A stretch of 64,000 bases of DNA, from assembly GCA_964505085.1 (NCBI GenBank), contig CAZDGP010000001.1, positions 20,581 to 84,580 on the forward strand, written 5' to 3'. How positions within the stretch are numbered: the first letter of the stretch is position 1; each line of letters opens with the position of its first letter. Below, piece by piece: positions 60,896 to 64,000 of the stretch. The stretch comes from an uncultured Thermoplasmatales archaeon. GTDB lineage: Archaea; Thermoplasmatota; SW-10-69-26; JACQPN01; CAZDGP01. The notes under the pieces were generated by a model. It was given only the letters and a program-made list of their open reading frames with translations, did no database searches and was not told the origin of the DNA. The translations under genes and the position numbers were made by a program.

Positions 60896-60978
60896 TACGT
60901 GGGCGGCAACCTAAACCCTTCCGCCGCAGCCCCTCCCCGACGATGCCTTGAATACCCCGGGAGCCCGTGGGGTGCGCT

Positions 60979-61707
60979 ATGGCGCTGGCTCTGGACCCCC
61001 AGACGGTGCGGTGGAGCATCATCGTGGGGGCTGCGTTCCTCCCGAGCCTCGTTCTCCTGGGCATCCTCCGGGGCACGGAGAGGAGCGGGAGGGAGCGGTG
61101 GTTGCGTCTGCTGGCGGTCTTCGCCCTGGGAGCCACCGCCACCGTGGCCCTCACCCTGGCTCTCACGCCCCTCGCCCTGCCCATCGCGGGGGCGTTGCGC
61201 CCGGATATCGCCCGGAGCATCCTCGTGGTGGTCGTGGTGGCCCCCATCGTGGAGGAGGCCGTGAAAGGCTGGGGGGCCACCGTGGGGCGGGGTTGGATGA
61301 CGCGCCTGCCCGACGGTCTCGTGTACGGTGCCGCCGTGGGGTTGGGGTTCGCCGCCACCGAGAACCTCCTCTACGAGGTGTCGGCGCTGCAGCAGGACGG
61401 CCTGGTGGCATGGGGGGTCCTCGTGGCCACACGGAGCGTGAGCAGCGCCCTCCTCCACCCCGCCGCCACGGCCCTCACGGGCCTCGGCATCGCCTGGACC
61501 CGCACCCGGAACCTCCCGGGGTTCCTCGTCATCCCCTTCTACGGGGGGGCCGTGGCGCTCCATGCCGCGTACAACTGGATCGCGGTGGCCATGCCCAACC
61601 TCCAGGCAGGCGGGTGGACCGTGAGCGTGCGCCTCCCCGCAGCCATCGCCCTGGCCCTCCTCGCCTGGAGCGCCACCCGGAGCCTCGTGGCAAGGCTCAG
61701 CCGGTGA
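60979..61707 (+). CDS. prsW: PrsW-family intramembrane metalloprotease
   Basis: APIVEEAVKGW, GLGFAATENLLY, ALHAAYNW in a polytopic protein. The track ORF begins at GTG 60967. Confidence 0.8.
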   Translation: MALALDPQTVRWSIIVGAAFLPSLVLLGILRGTERSGRERWLRLLAVFALGATATVALTLALTPLALPIAGALRPDIARSILVVVVVAPIVEEAVKGWGATVGRGWMTRLPDGLVYGAAVGLGFAATENLLYEVSALQQDGLVAWGVLVATRSVSSALLHPAATALTGLGIAWTRTRNLPGFLVIPFYGGAVALHAAYNWIAVAMPNLQAGGWTVSVRLPAAIALALLAWSATRSLVARLSR

Positions 61708-61745
61708 CGGGGAAGGGTTGAAGCTTCCTGGAGCGTGTTGCCCAC

Positions 61746-62423
61746 GTGATGCCGTCCATCACGGGGTCCCTGCGACCGTTCCTCACGCACCGGTCCCAGG
61801 TACCGAAGTGGCTCGCGCTCGGGGGCCTCGCCGCCGCCACCGCGGGGCTCCAACCTCCCACGTGGTGGGCGTGGGCCCTCCTGGGCATCGTGCTCTACTT
61901 CCCCCAGGAGTACCTCATCCACCGCTTCGGGTTCCACCACCTCGCGGGCACCGAGTACGGGGACGTGTTCGCCCGAGCCCACGTGATCCACCACAAGCAC
62001 CCCGACGAGCTCCGGTACATGTGGGTGCAACCCATCGTGGCCCTCCCCCTGGGCGCCCTCTACCTCGGGGCCTACGTGGGCCTCGCGTTCCTGCTGGGCG
62101 CTGCCCACCCCCTGGGCGTTGGGGTGGCCTTGAGCCTCGGGAACTTCACGGGGCTCCAGGTGTACGAGTGGTACCACTACCAAGCGCACCGCCCCGGGCG
62201 CCGCATCACACCCTGGGGGCGCTTCATCAAGCGCGTGCACCTCCTCCACCACTACAAGAACGAGGGGTTCTGGTTCGGTGTAAGCTGGGGCGGCGTGGTG
62301 GGTGACCTCCTCATGGGGACCTGGGCGGACAAGGACGAGGTGGAGCGGAGCGACACCGTGCGGGACCTCGGCCTCGACCCGGACCGGTGGAAGGAGGAGG
62401 GGGAGGGGGATGGGGGGCAGTAG
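61746..62423 (+). CDS. Fatty acid hydroxylase / sterol desaturase superfamily membrane protein
   Basis: Histidine boxes HRFGFHH, HVIHHKH, HLLHHYKNE. Confidence 0.7.
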   Translation: MMPSITGSLRPFLTHRSQVPKWLALGGLAAATAGLQPPTWWAWALLGIVLYFPQEYLIHRFGFHHLAGTEYGDVFARAHVIHHKHPDELRYMWVQPIVALPLGALYLGAYVGLAFLLGAAHPLGVGVALSLGNFTGLQVYEWYHYQAHRPGRRITPWGRFIKRVHLLHHYKNEGFWFGVSWGGVVGDLLMGTWADKDEVERSDTVRDLGLDPDRWKEEGEGDGGQ

Positions 62424-62427
62424 CTTC

Positions 62428-62433
62428 TTATAC
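62428..62433 (+). promoter_or_regulatory. TATA-like TTATAC, 29 nt upstream of ATG 62457
   Basis: Leaderless geometry. Confidence 0.45.
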
Positions 62434-62456
62434 CTCGCTTCGCATCACGCCCCCGT

Positions 62457-63254
62457 ATGCTCCCCTTCGACAACTCCCCCATCAACCGCGACGGGAAGGT
62501 GCTCATCCTCGCCTACGATCACGGCCTCGAGCACGGCCCCAAGGACTTCAAGGCCGTGCCCCGCACCATGGACCCCGAGGTCGTCTTCGACATCGCCACC
62601 CACCCCGCCGTGACGGCTCTGGCCGTGCAGAAGGGCGTGGCCGAAGCCTACTACCCCAGCTACGAGGACGACGTGAACCTCCTGGCGAAGCTCAACGGCA
62701 CCAGCAACCTCTGGATGGGCGAGCCCTACAGCCCCCAGAACTGGACCGTGGACTACGCCGCGGAGCTCGGCGCCGACGCCGTGGGGTACACGGTGTACGC
62801 CGGGAGCAACCACGAGCCCGAGATGTTCCACGACTTCCGCAACATCCAGGAGCAGGCGCGGGAGCACGACCTCCCCGTGGTCATGTGGAGCTACCCCCGG
62901 GGGCAGGGCCTCAAGAACGACACGAAGGACGGGGTCATCGCCTACGCGAGCCGCATCGCCCTGGAGCTTGGCGCCGACGTGGCCAAGGTGAAGTACCCCG
63001 GAAGCCGCGCCGGCATGGAGCAGGCCGTGAAGGCCGCCGGCCGCACCAAGGTCGTTCTGAGCGGCGGCAGCAAGGTCGACGACGTGGACTTCCTCCAGAA
63101 CGTGGAGGACGTCATGCAGGCTGGCGGCGCCGGCCTCGCCGTGGGACGGAACGTCTGGCAACGCAGCGACCCCACGTACATCCTCGACGCCCTGGAGCAG
63201 GTCATCTACGAGGGTGCCTCGGCCGAGGAAGCCCTCAAGAGCGTCCAGGCGTAA
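62457..63254 (+). CDS. fba: Archaeal class I fructose-bisphosphate aldolase (DhnA family)
   Basis: KVLILAYDHGLEHGP, GADAVGYTVY, GADVAKVKYPG, LAVGRNVWQ. Confidence 0.88.
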   Translation: MLPFDNSPINRDGKVLILAYDHGLEHGPKDFKAVPRTMDPEVVFDIATHPAVTALAVQKGVAEAYYPSYEDDVNLLAKLNGTSNLWMGEPYSPQNWTVDYAAELGADAVGYTVYAGSNHEPEMFHDFRNIQEQAREHDLPVVMWSYPRGQGLKNDTKDGVIAYASRIALELGADVAKVKYPGSRAGMEQAVKAAGRTKVVLSGGSKVDDVDFLQNVEDVMQAGGAGLAVGRNVWQRSDPTYILDALEQVIYEGASAEEALKSVQA

Positions 63255-63299
63255 GCCCCGGACCACCACCAACCTGAACCCGAGGCCCAGGTGACGTCC

Positions 63300-64000
63300 A
63301 TGGACGTGTCCGCCATCCACGATCGCTTCCACGAGCCCGTGGCCGACATCCTGACCGTCCTCGCCCAGGCCACGCCACGCATCCGGCGGGAGCTCACCAC
63401 GCGGCGGGACCGCGCCGGCGCCACCAACGTCCACGGGGAGCACCAGCTCGACGCCGACGTGTGGGCCGACGAGCACCTGGAGACAGAGCTCACGAAGCTC
63501 GAGTCGGTGGGCACCTACGCCAGCGAGGAGCAGGAGCACCCCACCGACGCCGGGGAGGGCCTCTGCGTCGCCGTGGACCCCCTCGACGGGTCCAGCAACC
63601 TCCGCTCCAACAACACCATGGGCACCATCGCGGGCATCTACGACCCCCAGGATGGGAGCCTCCCCGCGAGCGGTCGCGACCTCGTGGCCAGCGCCTTCAC
63701 CCTCCTGGGCCCCATCACCACCATGGTGGCCACCGATGGCGACACCGTGGTGGAGCTCCTCATCACGGAGGACGGCGTCGACGTGCTCCAGGAGGACCTC
63801 CAGCTCCCCACCACCCCCACCGTGTACGGCTTCGGCGGGCGGATCCCCGACTGGACCCCCGCCTTCCGGCGCTTCGCCCGGGGGATGGAGGAGGAGCTCA
63901 AGCTCCGGTACGGGGGCAGCATGATCGGGGACGTGAACCAGGTGCTCACCTACGGAGGTCTCTTCGCCTACCCCGCCCTCCAGAGCCGCCCCGCGGGGAA
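63300..64000 (+). CDS. fbp: Class I fructose-1,6-bisphosphatase, 3' end outside the window
   Basis: Not in the ORF track because it is open at the right edge. My translation is MDVSAIHDRFHEP...NVHGEHQLDADVWADE...ASEEQEH...CVAVDPLDGSSNLRSNNTMGTIAGIY, which carries the FBPase class 1 DPLDGSSN motif. Confidence 0.85.
   Translation, partial: MDVSAIHDRFHEPVADILTVLAQATPRIRRELTTRRDRAGATNVHGEHQLDADVWADEHLETELTKLESVGTYASEEQEHPTDAGEGLCVAVDPLDGSSNLRSNNTMGTIAGIYDPQDGSLPASGRDLVASAFTLLGPITTMVATDGDTVVELLITEDGVDVLQEDLQLPTTPTVYGFGGRIPDWTPAFRRFARGMEEELKLRYGGSMIGDVNQVLTYGGLFAYPALQSRPAG

Overview
GC-rich archaeal chromosome segment (roughly two-thirds G+C by eye, not computed), almost gap-free and dominated by core biosynthesis. 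Archaeal identity rests on AglB/STT3, ribosomal protein S17e, Nep1, PurP, RibL, archaeal-type riboflavin synthase, GHMP-type shikimate kinase, pantoate kinase, membrane LonB and the DKFP-type aro genes (aroA'/aroB'). The gene set is euryarchaeal in type, but I cannot resolve the lineage from sequence alone. From about 5.2 kb to 43 kb nearly every gene is on the minus strand, in consecutive pathway blocks. (1) purP, an aminotransferase and ribB-ribL-ribC-ribH. (2) S17e and an HcnABC/proline-dehydrogenase-like flavoenzyme operon. (3) A 10-kb aromatic supraoperon, aroA'-aroB'-aroDE-aroK-aroA-aroC-tyrA, followed by lysC-asd. (4) A divergent ACT-domain regulator. (5) trpEGDCFBA followed by a PAS histidine kinase and a CPxCG zinc-finger microprotein. 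(6) A secreted cyclophilin+FKBP fusion. (7) A compact eight-gene his operon. The right third carries dedA, pyrC, an aminotransferase, a GT4 glycosyltransferase, a 1190-aa AglB, a secreted gluzincin, prs, lonB, NMN adenylyltransferase, rtcA, CoA genes, prsW, a fatty-acid-hydroxylase-family protein, and class I FBP aldolase plus class I FBPase. I found no rRNA, tRNA, CRISPR array, transposase/integrase or recognisable defence/toxin module, and no convincing wholly new multi-gene system. The most interesting signals are regulatory. A GTACAACG-containing box is shared by the trp, aro/ACT-regulator and tryptophanase promoters. A 185-nt duplicated-start leader with a perfect 13-bp hairpin lies in front of lysC. 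Possible leaderless micro-ORFs sit upstream of the aro and his operons. First genes show a consistent TATA-to-ATG spacing of about 30 nt. All coordinates and motifs were derived by hand from the sequence and ORF track; start codons are the least certain part.
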